A stretch of 64,000 nucleotides of DNA. Origin: a virus. The notes below the pieces were generated by a model. The model was not told the DNA's origin. It was given only the letters and a program-made list of their open reading frames with translations, and did no database searches. Each line of letters starts with the position of its first letter. Positions within the stretch are counted from its first letter, which is position 1. The translations under genes and the position numbers were made by a program. Where the stretch lies: positions 17,308 to 81,307 of IMG/VR virus record IMGVR_UViG_3300030450_002944; one strand, 5' to 3'. This document shows, in pieces, positions 49,401 to 59,984 of this stretch.

Positions 49401-49858
49401 TATTAGGGGTAGACTGTTCTTCTAAAGCTATACATGGAGTAATCTTAAATGATAAAGAAGAAATCGTAACACAATTTAAGACAGATAAACAGAAAGAGGA
49501 TTTTGACATAAGATTTGTTAAAATAGTTGATAATTTTTCCAATATATTAAGTAAAATAAATATAGAGAAAGCTTTTGTAGAGGCTGCAATCTACATACAA
49601 AATCCAAAGTCCACAATTGAAATAGCTAGAGTTGTCGGTGGAGTACAACTTACTTGCAACAAATATAGAATACCATGTCAATTGGTGGATAATACAAAAT
49701 GGAAAAAAGAAATCGTTGGTAAAGGCAATTGTTCTAAGGCTAATATAATGACTTTTGCAGTTGAAAAATGGGGAGACGTTTTTGAAGAACAAGATTTTGC
49801 TGATGCTGCATGTATCGCATTATATGGGATAAAGGAGAGTAAAGATGGGAATTCCTAG
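49397..49858 (+). CDS. RuvC-like Holliday junction resolvase
   Basis: ILGVD.S, FVE, WKK...GKGN.SK, D.ADA..IA. Confidence 0.85.
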   Translation: MILGVDCSSKAIHGVILNDKEEIVTQFKTDKQKEDFDIRFVKIVDNFSNILSKINIEKAFVEAAIYIQNPKSTIEIARVVGGVQLTCNKYRIPCQLVDNTKWKKEIVGKGNCSKANIMTFAVEKWGDVFEEQDFADAACIALYGIKESKDGNS

Positions 49859-50360
49859 TAATTACAGAAAATCAAATGATAAACCTACTTTTTATTATCA
49901 TGAAAAACCTAAAAAAGGTAGGAAAAGGAAGCCAAAGGATAGTCTACCAAAAGGTATGACTGTTGAAGAATTTAAAGCAAAGTACGCAAAAGTTGTATGG
50001 TGTGATTATTACGCCTGTATACATAATGAATCTCCTGAAGGAGCTAGTAGAAAAATAGCAACTATACTGGAAAATCCTCATTATGAACCACTTGGAACAA
50101 AAGATGAATCTTGGAAGGGTGTTTGTGGAACCGATAAAACCGAGATTGCTATAAGATTTAAAACCGTTCAAGGTACAAGTGGATCAAAAGATAAAGTTCC
50201 TGAGTGTTTTAATGCAGCGTCTAATAAAACAGGGCGTATAGATATGAGTAAATTATTGCAAGGTAATGGAACACCTTATGGTGGTAGTATTGAATCACAA
50301 AGTGCTGACCAAGGATTTACAGGTACTGCAGCTTATGGTACTAAATGGAAGGGTAAATAA
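49845..50360 (+). CDS. Hypothetical Cys-containing protein
   Basis: 171 aa; C...CIHN motif. Confidence 0.65.
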   Translation: MGIPSNYRKSNDKPTFYYHEKPKKGRKRKPKDSLPKGMTVEEFKAKYAKVVWCDYYACIHNESPEGASRKIATILENPHYEPLGTKDESWKGVCGTDKTEIAIRFKTVQGTSGSKDKVPECFNAASNKTGRIDMSKLLQGNGTPYGGSIESQSADQGFTGTAAYGTKWKGK

Positions 50361-50863
50361 TGCCTAAGAATTATCCAGAGGAAGTAAAATTAGCCGCTTT
50401 AGAATTGTATTTAGAAAACAAGACTGGAGCTGAAATTGCAGATTCTATTAATAAGCAATTTGAACTAGAGGTAAAAGCTCCAACTATATATGCTTGGGCA
50501 AGACAATATAATTGGAAAGGCGAAAATGCAGCTATGTCAACAAAAGCAAAAGAGATAGTTAAAGAGAAACAGAGTCAACGACTTGCTAGAATTCAAACTG
50601 AACATCTAGATGTGTATCAAGGGGTTAGAGAAAAAGCAAGTTCTGAATTAGAAGGTTTAGAATTTGAGAGAGCCTTTGAGGCAGTTAAAGCTTTAGACAT
50701 AGGAATACAAGGAGAACGGAAAACTATTGAGGGTCTGGTAAACTTACAATTCGTTCAAGACGTTCTTAATGTATTAGTTGAAGAAATATCAGATCAAGAC
50801 GTATTAACCAAAGTAGCCAGTAAATTAAGAACTCTGGTACAGGAGAGAGATGACATCCAATAA
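50360..50863 (+). CDS. terS: Terminase small subunit (HTH)
   Basis: N-terminal HTH (EIA...TIYAW....W) immediately upstream of TerL. Confidence 0.65.
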   Translation: MPKNYPEEVKLAALELYLENKTGAEIADSINKQFELEVKAPTIYAWARQYNWKGENAAMSTKAKEIVKEKQSQRLARIQTEHLDVYQGVREKASSELEGLEFERAFEAVKALDIGIQGERKTIEGLVNLQFVQDVLNVLVEEISDQDVLTKVASKLRTLVQERDDIQ

Positions 50864-52511
50864 AAAACAACAAGAAGCATTAACATTTCAAGATGCCTTC
50901 AGTAAATTAGCAGAAGGATTAACTACTGGTAATGTTAGTTATAAAGTCGGTAGCTTTTATGAATTTCTTAGAGACATTTGGTCACAAAGTTTTGATAATC
51001 CTGAATATTTTGGAGCTTGGCATGTGGGGGTTTTAGCAGATGATATCGAAGAATGTTTAGAAACAGGTAAAAATTATGTTGCAATACTACCACGTTTCCA
51101 TTTTAAGTCTACAATTTTAGGACATGCTTTCAGTGTTTGGAGACTTTTGAAGGCTAAAAGAGATTGTTCAGTATTATATTTATCATATAGTGATGGAATG
51201 GCTAGATATCATTTATCTGAAATAAATAAAACTGTTTCAAGGAATCCTGTATTAATGGATTTAATGGATAACAGGTCACCAAAAGCTGATTATTCTTTTA
51301 GATATTATATTAATAAGAAACCAATGGAGATTATGCATGGTGGATTATTCTCTTTCAAAAGAGGTATGCATGTTAATGGAGCATTAATTGCTGATGACGT
51401 ATTGCGTGATCCGGAAAATCCTTTAAATACTGGACAAATAACAAAAGTTGAAGATCATTTTATGACAGAAAGTTTGTTTATTCCTTTGAAAGGTGTACCA
51501 GTAATTGTATTGGGTACTCCAATGATGCCCGGAGACTTATTAACCAACTTGCAGAAAGATGATAGATTTAAATCAAGAGTATTACCAGCTCTTGACCCAA
51601 CACCTACTAGAAGAGTGTTGATGCCTGAGTTATACAATGAGGAATGGTTATTACAACAACAAGAAGCAAGACCAAAATCATTTGCTTCAGAGTTTTTGTT
51701 GCAACCTCATTTTGCAACTGAAGCATATTTTAATGAAGAGGATGTAGTTAAGTGTGAGTCAGAAGACTTAAGAAGTGCTTCTGCACATCAAACATTTAAA
51801 ATGGAAGCTGGAGATCAACTATTTGCTGGGTTTGACGTAGGTAAAAAACGACACCCATCTCATTTAGTTATATTCAGAAGAAGAGGCGATAAGATAGAAC
51901 AAGTACATCAATCATGGTTAGATGGATGGAATTATTCAGATCAAATTCAATATTTGAATGAAGTCGCTGAAAATTATAGTTTAGAGAAGGGATATATAGA
52001 TAATACAAGAGGAGAGCTAGAAGACAGAGGATTAGATACTGTATGGCATTCGATGACTTTTTCACAAAAGAGTAAGAGAACTATGGCACAAATCTTTGAA
52101 GAGTATGTTCATTCGGGTAACTTAAAGTTAATAAAAGATGAAAGACAGAAAGGACAAATTCTGTCGGTGAGTAATGACTTAAAAGCTCCTGAAACCCCAA
52201 TGGGACATGGAGATGCATTCTTTTCGATTGCAATGGCATTACAAGCATGTTATGAAACAACTATCTATAGATACGAAAGTTTGGGAAGCGTTACTGATTG
52301 GCTTGATGCAGTGTCCCCTGAAGAGAAGAATTCAATCAAAGAAGAAGCAAAAGTTCCAGATCTGTCAAAATGGACAGGAAATGAGTATAATAAAGATAAG
52401 GAACAAAATCAAAAAGCACCCAACCCATCATGTGATGAAATGGTATGTATGCCTAATTTTTGGGTAAAAGAAAAAAATCTATGTCTGTATTGTGGATACA
52501 GAGGAGGATAA
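50850..52511 (+). CDS. terL: Terminase large subunit
   Basis: LPRFHFKST Walker A variant, LIADD, LGTP, FAGFDVG, HGDAFFS nuclease motif. Confidence 0.9.
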   Translation: MTSNKKQQEALTFQDAFSKLAEGLTTGNVSYKVGSFYEFLRDIWSQSFDNPEYFGAWHVGVLADDIEECLETGKNYVAILPRFHFKSTILGHAFSVWRLLKAKRDCSVLYLSYSDGMARYHLSEINKTVSRNPVLMDLMDNRSPKADYSFRYYINKKPMEIMHGGLFSFKRGMHVNGALIADDVLRDPENPLNTGQITKVEDHFMTESLFIPLKGVPVIVLGTPMMPGDLLTNLQKDDRFKSRVLPALDPTPTRRVLMPELYNEEWLLQQQEARPKSFASEFLLQPHFATEAYFNEEDVVKCESEDLRSASAHQTFKMEAGDQLFAGFDVGKKRHPSHLVIFRRRGDKIEQVHQSWLDGWNYSDQIQYLNEVAENYSLEKGYIDNTRGELEDRGLDTVWHSMTFSQKSKRTMAQIFEEYVHSGNLKLIKDERQKGQILSVSNDLKAPETPMGHGDAFFSIAMALQACYETTIYRYESLGSVTDWLDAVSPEEKNSIKEEAKVPDLSKWTGNEYNKDKEQNQKAPNPSCDEMVCMPNFWVKEKNLCLYCGYRGG

Positions 52512-52526
52512 TAAGGAAGGAACAAA

Positions 52527-54407
52527 ATGGTGACACAATTAACCCCGCAAGCCGAAACAGTCGCAACGAGTCGATATTATTTAAAAAATGAAGATAATGA
52601 AGTTATTGAAACTGCCGAAGAAATGTTTAAAAGAGTCGGACAGGCTATAGCTAAGATTGATATGCAGTATGGACAAATGGATGCTAATGCAGCATTAACA
52701 GCTATCGATTTTACAAGTATGATGAGTGAATTAAAGTTTATCCCTAATTCACCAACATTAATGAATGCAGGTACTGATCAAGGAACTTTATCAGCTTGCT
52801 TCGTGTTACCTTTAGAAGACAGCATGGAAGATATAATGAAAGCTGCTCATGACATAGCAATGGTACAAAAGTTTGGAGGAGGTACAGGATTTGCTCTTAG
52901 TAAGCTAAGACCAAGAGGAGATCGGATAAAAACTACTCATGGAATTGCTTGTGGACCTATTCAAGTGTTGAAGACACTTTCAAGAGTTTCTTCTATGATA
53001 ACTCAAGGTGGAAAGAGAGATGGAGCAAATATGGCAGTAATGTCTGTATACCATCCTGATATTCTTGAGTTTATTGAATGTAAAAAAGTCGAAGGTGAGA
53101 TACATAACTTTAATATTTCTGTTGGGGTAGACTCTAACTTTATGAAAGCAGTAGAATCTAATGCTGACTACAATTTAATAAATCCAAAAAGTAATGAAAT
53201 AACTGGACAATTAAATGCTAGAGAAGTATTTAACAAGATTATTTATGGGGCTTGGAGAAATGGTGAGCCGGGAATGATATTCTTAGACAATGTTAACAAA
53301 GATAATAATGTAATAGAAGAATATGGTGAAATGATTGCAACTAATCCTTGTGGCGAACAACCATTATTAGGAAATGAATCATGTAATTTAGGTTCAATCA
53401 ACCTAGCTAAGTTCTATCACGAAGATCATCATGATGTAGATTGGAAGAATCTAGAAAAGGTTGTAAAAACATCAGTCCATTTCTTAGATAATGTAATTGA
53501 TGCGAATAAGTATGCGACACCAGAAATAGAGAAAATGACTAAAGCTACTAGAAAGATAGGTTTAGGTGTTATGGGATTCGCAGATTTGCTAATTCAGCTG
53601 AAAATTAAGTATAATAGTATAGAGGGACGTAAATTAGGTAAAGATATTATGTCCTTTATTAGAAAAATAGCTGATGCACAGTCAATAAAATTAGCAAAAG
53701 AACGTGGTACTTTTCCTGCATGGGATAAAAGTAACTATGGAGAAGATGAAAAATATAGAAATTCTTGTAGGTTGACTGTTGCTCCTACAGGAACAATATC
53801 TATGATAGCTGATACTTCTAGTGGAATTGAGCCAACATTTGCTTTGGCTTGGAAGAAGTCGAATATACTAGAAGGACAGACTTTATATTATGTAAACAAA
53901 TATTTTGAGAGAGATGCTAAAGCACATGACTTCTATTCAGAAGATTTAATGGAACATTTATCTCAGGGAGGTTCTTTAGAATCAAGAGAAGATGTACCAC
54001 CATGGGCTAAAGAAATATACATTACAGCTCCAGAAATTTCTGCAGAGGATCACGTTGCGATGCAGTCAGCTTTTCAGGAAGATTGTGATTCAGGTATCTC
54101 AAAGACAATTAATTTTCCTAATGAAGCGACCCTCGCTGATGTTGAGTCGGCTTACCTATCTGCTTGGAATCTTGGTTGTAAAGGTATTACTGTTTATAGG
54201 GCAGGAAGTAGAGAAAAAGAAGTTCTGGTTAAAGGGACTAAAGACAAAAAAGAGGAAGAATTAGACGATCAATTAAGTTTTTTTGACTCAATGGAAGCAC
54301 CAGTTAAAGCTATGGAGTCAGATTGTTGTGATTCTCCTCAAGTAATAATGGAATCAGGTTGTAAAACCTGTAAAAGTTGTGGTTGGAGTGCTTGCCACAT
54401 AGCTTAA
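52527..54407 (+). CDS. nrdJ: Class II (B12-dependent) ribonucleotide reductase
   Basis: PNSPTLMNAG, SACFV, TNPCGEQPL, APTGT; no beta-subunit gene nearby. Confidence 0.9.
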   Translation: MVTQLTPQAETVATSRYYLKNEDNEVIETAEEMFKRVGQAIAKIDMQYGQMDANAALTAIDFTSMMSELKFIPNSPTLMNAGTDQGTLSACFVLPLEDSMEDIMKAAHDIAMVQKFGGGTGFALSKLRPRGDRIKTTHGIACGPIQVLKTLSRVSSMITQGGKRDGANMAVMSVYHPDILEFIECKKVEGEIHNFNISVGVDSNFMKAVESNADYNLINPKSNEITGQLNAREVFNKIIYGAWRNGEPGMIFLDNVNKDNNVIEEYGEMIATNPCGEQPLLGNESCNLGSINLAKFYHEDHHDVDWKNLEKVVKTSVHFLDNVIDANKYATPEIEKMTKATRKIGLGVMGFADLLIQLKIKYNSIEGRKLGKDIMSFIRKIADAQSIKLAKERGTFPAWDKSNYGEDEKYRNSCRLTVAPTGTISMIADTSSGIEPTFALAWKKSNILEGQTLYYVNKYFERDAKAHDFYSEDLMEHLSQGGSLESREDVPPWAKEIYITAPEISAEDHVAMQSAFQEDCDSGISKTINFPNEATLADVESAYLSAWNLGCKGITVYRAGSREKEVLVKGTKDKKEEELDDQLSFFDSMEAPVKAMESDCCDSPQVIMESGCKTCKSCGWSACHIA

Positions 54408-54436
54408 AAGAATTAGAATAGACAAAGGAGGTCAGA

Positions 54437-54889
54437 ATGGCTATAGGAAGTTTATTAAGAGATAGAGATGTTCAGTATGTTGCTTTAAAAGATGATGCAA
54501 CTAATACTTGGAGAATCTTAGATACATGGAATGCAGCATTAAAAGAATTTGATGTAGAAGATGATATTCCAGATGATAACGAGGCAGTACAGATTATTAC
54601 AGAAGCAGCCTTCATTGCTTTAATTAAAGAGGCAACTAGGCTTGGAGTATTAGAAAATGCTTCATTAGGTAATAATGATGTAAATGACGAGGATTTACTT
54701 GCATTAGAGCGAGAAAATCAAGAATTACAAGAAAAACTGTCGAAAATAGAGGAAAATGTAGTAAAATATAAAGAGGGACCAAAAAAACCTCAATACTCAG
54801 AAAATTATGCAATAAAAGACAGAGCTATTCAGGCAATTATTAATCTAGCAGGCATGGCAGATGTTGAAAAAATCAGTGAGGATAAGTAA
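54437..54889 (+). CDS. Hypothetical protein
   Basis: GGAGG RBS. Confidence 0.7.
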   Translation: MAIGSLLRDRDVQYVALKDDATNTWRILDTWNAALKEFDVEDDIPDDNEAVQIITEAAFIALIKEATRLGVLENASLGNNDVNDEDLLALERENQELQEKLSKIEENVVKYKEGPKKPQYSENYAIKDRAIQAIINLAGMADVEKISEDK

Positions 54890-54891
54890 AT

Positions 54892-56586
54892 ATGGCTAAA
54901 TTATCAGAATTTCTTCCAGATGTACCTCAAGTAGCTCAGACTATTTCAAGTTTGAACGAGCAGATAAACATGCTGCAGATTATGAAATCGACTGGAGATA
55001 GTGGACAAGCTCCTACTATTGGGTTGGATCATGTAGTTAATACATGGGTTCGACATCAAATGGCATATCGCCAACAACTTGTAATGGATTTACAGACTAT
55101 TACTTTTTCTGTACAAGAAATAAGAGGTCCATTAACACATATTACAGGTGAAGTATTTAGACGAGGACTAAAGCTTGTCCCATCTGTAAAAAATCCAGAT
55201 AAAAGTCAGTTAACTAGATTTAATAAATTTTTTGCTGATGCTAACGTATTTGATCAAAGTTTAGAAGAAGTTCTACGACAATTCCATTATGATGTTAACT
55301 CTATTGATGATGGATTTTTATACATGGCTAAAGAGTATGAAGAATTATCAGATGGAAAACTAGGGTCTAAAGTAAAAGAAATACGAAGATTAAATCCTGC
55401 TCTAGTTGAATTTGACTTAGACGCTGCAGGATTACCAAAAAATGCTCATTTTGTCTGTCCATTAGATAGAACAGATGTAGCTGAAGAACCGGGTAAATCT
55501 AAAAAAGGATATGACAGAATCCCTGCGATGTATAAATATTATCACAGGAATCAACATATGTACTTAACTGATTCAGAAATTATACATTTATCTAAATTCT
55601 CACCTTCTGAAACTTATGGTTGGTCACCTATATTAACAGTATTTGAAAAAGCTCTTACCTTAATTGGTATGGATAAAAACTTATATAGGTATTTCTTTGA
55701 AAGAAAAATGCCAGCTTCTATGATCATGGTAACTACTGATGATCCTGAAAGCTTAAGAAGAGAACGAGCTCATATAGCAGCTCAAACTAGACTTGATCCA
55801 AACTTTATTCCTATGGTAGCAGTATCATCTAGGAACAATAGAGGTAGAGTTGATATGGTAAGATTATTCCACACTCTTCAAGAGATGGATTATATGCCAG
55901 TTAAACAAGAAATTAGAGAGAGAATTGCTTCTATGTGGGGAGTATCACCAACGTGGCAAGGTACGCCTGAAGCTTTTGGTGGATTATCAGCTACTACGCA
56001 ACAATTAACTGTAATGAGTAGAGTAGTTGAATCAGATCAACGATTATTTCATGACAAAGTATTCCCACAATTATTAAAAGCATTCGGTGTTACGGATTGG
56101 AAACTTGAACTTCCTACTCCTGAAGAAAAAGCTGAAGCAACTATAATTGCTCAGACTCAACAGAAAGTTGCAATTGCTAGTCAATTAGCACAAATGGGCT
56201 TTAGTGTTGAACTTAAGGATAAAGAAGAAGTAGATATGAAAGAACTTGAGTTTGTAGTTAGTGGAGATATGGTTCCACAAGCACGAATGCAAGGTGAACA
56301 ACAAGCAATGCAATTAGAACAACAGCAACAACAAATTGAACAGGCTAAACAGCAAGCTGAGATGGCTCAGATGCAAGCTGCTATTCAAGAAGGTGGTGGA
56401 GAAGAAGATGAAGAAGAAGAAGAAGGTATGGAGAAAAGTTTAGAGAAGAGTAAATATGTTGCTCATAGAAATATAGGAGAGTTATTGGGAACTGATCATG
56501 ATACTAAAAAAGCAGAAGATGAAGATGAGTGGGAAGAAGAAGAAAGAGACCCCATTCCAGAAGATTGGGAACATGAAGACGATTAG
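54892..56586 (+). CDS. Portal protein
   Basis: EIIH......YGWSPI, YF.....P, I...WGVSP motifs; near terminase. Confidence 0.85.
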   Translation: MAKLSEFLPDVPQVAQTISSLNEQINMLQIMKSTGDSGQAPTIGLDHVVNTWVRHQMAYRQQLVMDLQTITFSVQEIRGPLTHITGEVFRRGLKLVPSVKNPDKSQLTRFNKFFADANVFDQSLEEVLRQFHYDVNSIDDGFLYMAKEYEELSDGKLGSKVKEIRRLNPALVEFDLDAAGLPKNAHFVCPLDRTDVAEEPGKSKKGYDRIPAMYKYYHRNQHMYLTDSEIIHLSKFSPSETYGWSPILTVFEKALTLIGMDKNLYRYFFERKMPASMIMVTTDDPESLRRERAHIAAQTRLDPNFIPMVAVSSRNNRGRVDMVRLFHTLQEMDYMPVKQEIRERIASMWGVSPTWQGTPEAFGGLSATTQQLTVMSRVVESDQRLFHDKVFPQLLKAFGVTDWKLELPTPEEKAEATIIAQTQQKVAIASQLAQMGFSVELKDKEEVDMKELEFVVSGDMVPQARMQGEQQAMQLEQQQQQIEQAKQQAEMAQMQAAIQEGGGEEDEEEEEGMEKSLEKSKYVAHRNIGELLGTDHDTKKAEDEDEWEEEERDPIPEDWEHEDD

Positions 56587-56594
56587 GAGATAAG

Positions 56595-59500
56595 ATGACT
56601 TGGTTTGAAAAACAAGGAAGAGAAGGTTTAATTCCTAAAAAAGTTTCTGAAACTGTCCATCCAAAAGAAGGGCTTCCATTTGAAAGACTTAGTACAGTAT
56701 ATGTCAAGCCTGAAGTCCCAGACTTTGTAAATGATTGGTTAGAAGATTTTGATTCAAAAACACCAGTCTATTTAGTTGGAGGTTCAGTTAGAGATTCATT
56801 ATTAGGAGAAACCCCAAAAGATATAGATGTAATTACTTTCCAACCAAAAGAAGATATAGAAGCGAGTCTAAAAAATTCTAAAACGAAATTCTATCAAGGT
56901 GGAAAAAATTTACCTAACTTACTTACTGCCAATCTAGGCAAGGATCAATTAATTGATATTGTAAGTATGGATACAGATATAGGATCTGAGCTAGTAAGAA
57001 GAGATTTCACAATAAATGCTATGGCTCAAAGACCAGACGGTGAGATTATAGATCCATTTGGGGGACGAAAAGATTTAAAAGAAGGTGTTTTAAGATCTCC
57101 AAAAGATGATAGTGATAAGGTATTTGAAGATGATCCTTTAAGAATGCTTAGAGCAGCTAGATTTATTGGTGATTTAAACTTAAAACCTCATAGTTCTGTA
57201 ACTCAAGCTATCCAAAAACATAAAGATTTATTATCAAATCTTCCAAAAGAACGTATAGGTATGGAATTTGGAAGAATATTATATTCTAAAGATCCAATAT
57301 CTGGATTAAAATTCTTAAAAGATAATGACATGTTAAAATATATTGACCCAGCTTTACAAAGAATGGTTGGATTTGTTCAAAATATAGAAGGGCATGACTA
57401 TGATGTTTGGAATCACACACTTAAATCCTTAGAACATCATATAACTAAAGATAAAAAAAGTCCAGACTTAGCTACTAGACTAGGAATTTTATATCACAAT
57501 GTAGGTAAGCCTGCAACAGCTAATTCTAATAATAGCAATTTTGATAATTATGAATCTATTGGAGCACAAATTGTAGAAGAAAGCCTTAATTCTTTACGAC
57601 TACCTTCTGATATGATAGATACTGTTAGAAAGTTAGTACAACACCATACTTCTGCAAAGACTGCAAAAACTGAAGGTGATCATAGAAGAGTACAACTGAA
57701 GTTAAGACATGACTTAAACAAACTTAATTATGTAGCAACTGCTCATGAAGTAGGAAAAGAAGGTAATGTAAATGCCGACACTTCTCATATAGTTGAATTT
57801 CAAGACACTATTGATAAATTAGATCCTGTATCAGCTGAAGGTGAGGGTTCTTCAAAACTTTCCCCATTATCTGGAAAAGAGATTATGGACGCATTAAATA
57901 TTGTTCCTAATAAAAAAGGTGGGGGTGAAAGAATTGGCAAGATAAAAGACTTCTTAGACAATCTAGTTGTTGAAGGTGAACTAAAACAATCTGATAAAGA
58001 AGGAGCTTTAGAAAGAGCTAAACAGTATCATTCTACATTCACTATGAAGTCTACTGATATTTTAAAAGGTTGGCTAAATATATTGAAAGACGAGGATATT
58101 ACAGGTGAGGCATTTGCAGGTCATACAGAAGATGCAGATGGTAATTTAGTATTTGATGCAAGTAAAAAGAAGCAAAAACAAGAAGTAGCTGATTGGCATG
58201 CTAATTTTGAAAAGCAGAAAAGACTTGATGCGGGATTAATTCCAAAAAAACTTACTGATAAAAATGGTATTGAGGTTACACGTTGGATAAACCCAAAAAA
58301 AGATGATGTGGAAATGGATAAAAATTCCCCAAATTTTGCAATGAGAGATTTAAAACATACTTATGGCACTAGTAATGCGAAAGAATTATGGGAAAAATAT
58401 AAAAAACCTGTTCTAGATAAAAAAACCGGAGAGCATTTAAAAGATGAAAAAACTGGTGAATTAAAGTATACACATAGTATTACACTTCCTCATCCAGAGG
58501 ATTCAAAAAGTTCACATTATCATGGAGAAGGTAGAAAAGGTAAAAAACTTGGCAGTTCTGAGAAATGGATGAACGCTGATAATATACATTTCGATGATGA
58601 TCCTTTTTCATTATATCCAATAAAAGCAACAAATGAAAAGGGGAAGATAATAAAAGATAAAGGTCCAACATATGATCATCCAGAACATACAGCTATGAGA
58701 TGGAAAACAAAAGCAGCTGGAGTCACAGCCATATATATGAGAAAAGATCCGTTAAATGATGCTTTAGAAGCAGAATATAAAAAAGATAATCCAGCCTTAG
58801 AGGCAATAATGACAGGTTTAATGTTTAAAAGTGGGATTAGAGTAGGTAATCCTGCCGATGCTAAAGAATTATTAGCAGCTCTAGATAAACCTGCTTCATT
58901 TGGAGCCTCTTCTTTACAAAAACAACATCTTAGGATTGATGGGGATAAGATTTACCATAAATTTCCGGGTAAGAAAAAGACGATGCAAGAAGCTCCCGAA
59001 CCTATAGTTGATGCAAATTTAGCAAAAGCATTGACTAAGATAATGAAAAACAAAAAAGATGATGATTTTATATTTCAAAAAGATAATGGGGTGATTGTTA
59101 ATGAAGGAAGCACTCAAAAATGGCATAATAAAGCAATGAAAATTCATCCGGATAATCCAGTTACTAATCATAATTTTAGAACTTTCGTTGGAACAAGTAT
59201 GGCAGTAAATAATGTAGCTGACTTTCTTAATAATCCAGAGGTTATAAAAGAGCTTGATAAAACAAATAAACTTCCAATTAAAACTAAAGGCGAGTTTAAG
59301 GATTTTACACATAGAATGGCAATTGATTCAGCTAAACAATTAAGTCATGTTAGTGGAGATGGTAACAAAATCAATCCACAGATAACTTTAGATCATTATA
59401 TAAAGCCAGATACTTTTACATATAAACAATCAGATGGTAAGAATGTATTAATAGAATCCGCAATTGATGATGATAGCACGAAAATATCTAAAGAATATCA

Positions 59501-59984
59501 AGACTTTATGGAAAAAGCTACAGGTAAGAGAAGACTAACTAAAGAAGATATGATTTTAAAAGATCCTGAAAATATGACAAAATCTTTAGATGGTAAAGAA
59601 TTCGACCCTACTAGAAAAAAGGAAAAAGATATAGATACATATTTTGAAAACAGGAAAGAAAAAGAAGAAGATAGGAACTATGGGCTAGATAAAATCCCAG
59701 CTCATATGAGACCTAGACCTAAATATTTCGCAAAAACATGGATTGAAGATTTAGCAGAGAAGGGCTTCCAAGCTCCCATAGTTAAATCTATTAGTCCAGA
59801 TGGATCCAAAATGTGGTTCATTGAAGGAGGTACAGACTTTGTAGCATCATTAGGAGCAAGTGGTGTTGGACATGTTGAGAAAGCAACTTTCCCACCATTA
59901 CCATCCAATGCAACAAATAAAATAAGTTATGCACCTTCAGCTTCCAATAAAAGACGGGAGGAAGATACCGATGAAGAAGAATAA
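56595..59984 (+). CDS. Polyprotein: class II tRNA nucleotidyltransferase-like + degenerate HD + topoisomerase IB
   Basis: VGGSVRD, DID, RRDFTINA, DDPLRMLRAARF; then IRVGN, FPGKK, NFRT, LSH, HYI. Confidence 0.85.
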   Translation: MTWFEKQGREGLIPKKVSETVHPKEGLPFERLSTVYVKPEVPDFVNDWLEDFDSKTPVYLVGGSVRDSLLGETPKDIDVITFQPKEDIEASLKNSKTKFYQGGKNLPNLLTANLGKDQLIDIVSMDTDIGSELVRRDFTINAMAQRPDGEIIDPFGGRKDLKEGVLRSPKDDSDKVFEDDPLRMLRAARFIGDLNLKPHSSVTQAIQKHKDLLSNLPKERIGMEFGRILYSKDPISGLKFLKDNDMLKYIDPALQRMVGFVQNIEGHDYDVWNHTLKSLEHHITKDKKSPDLATRLGILYHNVGKPATANSNNSNFDNYESIGAQIVEESLNSLRLPSDMIDTVRKLVQHHTSAKTAKTEGDHRRVQLKLRHDLNKLNYVATAHEVGKEGNVNADTSHIVEFQDTIDKLDPVSAEGEGSSKLSPLSGKEIMDALNIVPNKKGGGERIGKIKDFLDNLVVEGELKQSDKEGALERAKQYHSTFTMKSTDILKGWLNILKDEDITGEAFAGHTEDADGNLVFDASKKKQKQEVADWHANFEKQKRLDAGLIPKKLTDKNGIEVTRWINPKKDDVEMDKNSPNFAMRDLKHTYGTSNAKELWEKYKKPVLDKKTGEHLKDEKTGELKYTHSITLPHPEDSKSSHYHGEGRKGKKLGSSEKWMNADNIHFDDDPFSLYPIKATNEKGKIIKDKGPTYDHPEHTAMRWKTKAAGVTAIYMRKDPLNDALEAEYKKDNPALEAIMTGLMFKSGIRVGNPADAKELLAALDKPASFGASSLQKQHLRIDGDKIYHKFPGKKKTMQEAPEPIVDANLAKALTKIMKNKKDDDFIFQKDNGVIVNEGSTQKWHNKAMKIHPDNPVTNHNFRTFVGTSMAVNNVADFLNNPEVIKELDKTNKLPIKTKGEFKDFTHRMAIDSAKQLSHVSGDGNKINPQITLDHYIKPDTFTYKQSDGKNVLIESAIDDDSTKISKEYQDFMEKATGKRRLTKEDMILKDPENMTKSLDGKEFDPTRKKEKDIDTYFENRKEKEEDRNYGLDKIPAHMRPRPKYFAKTWIEDLAEKGFQAPIVKSISPDGSKMWFIEGGTDFVASLGASGVGHVEKATFPPLPSNATNKISYAPSASNKRREEDTDEEE

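Noticed and set aside
58650-59420. C-terminal domain as an integrase implying lysogeny
   Set aside because: Motif spacing (IRVGN, FGASSL, F.GKK, FRT) matches topoisomerase IB better than tyrosine integrases.
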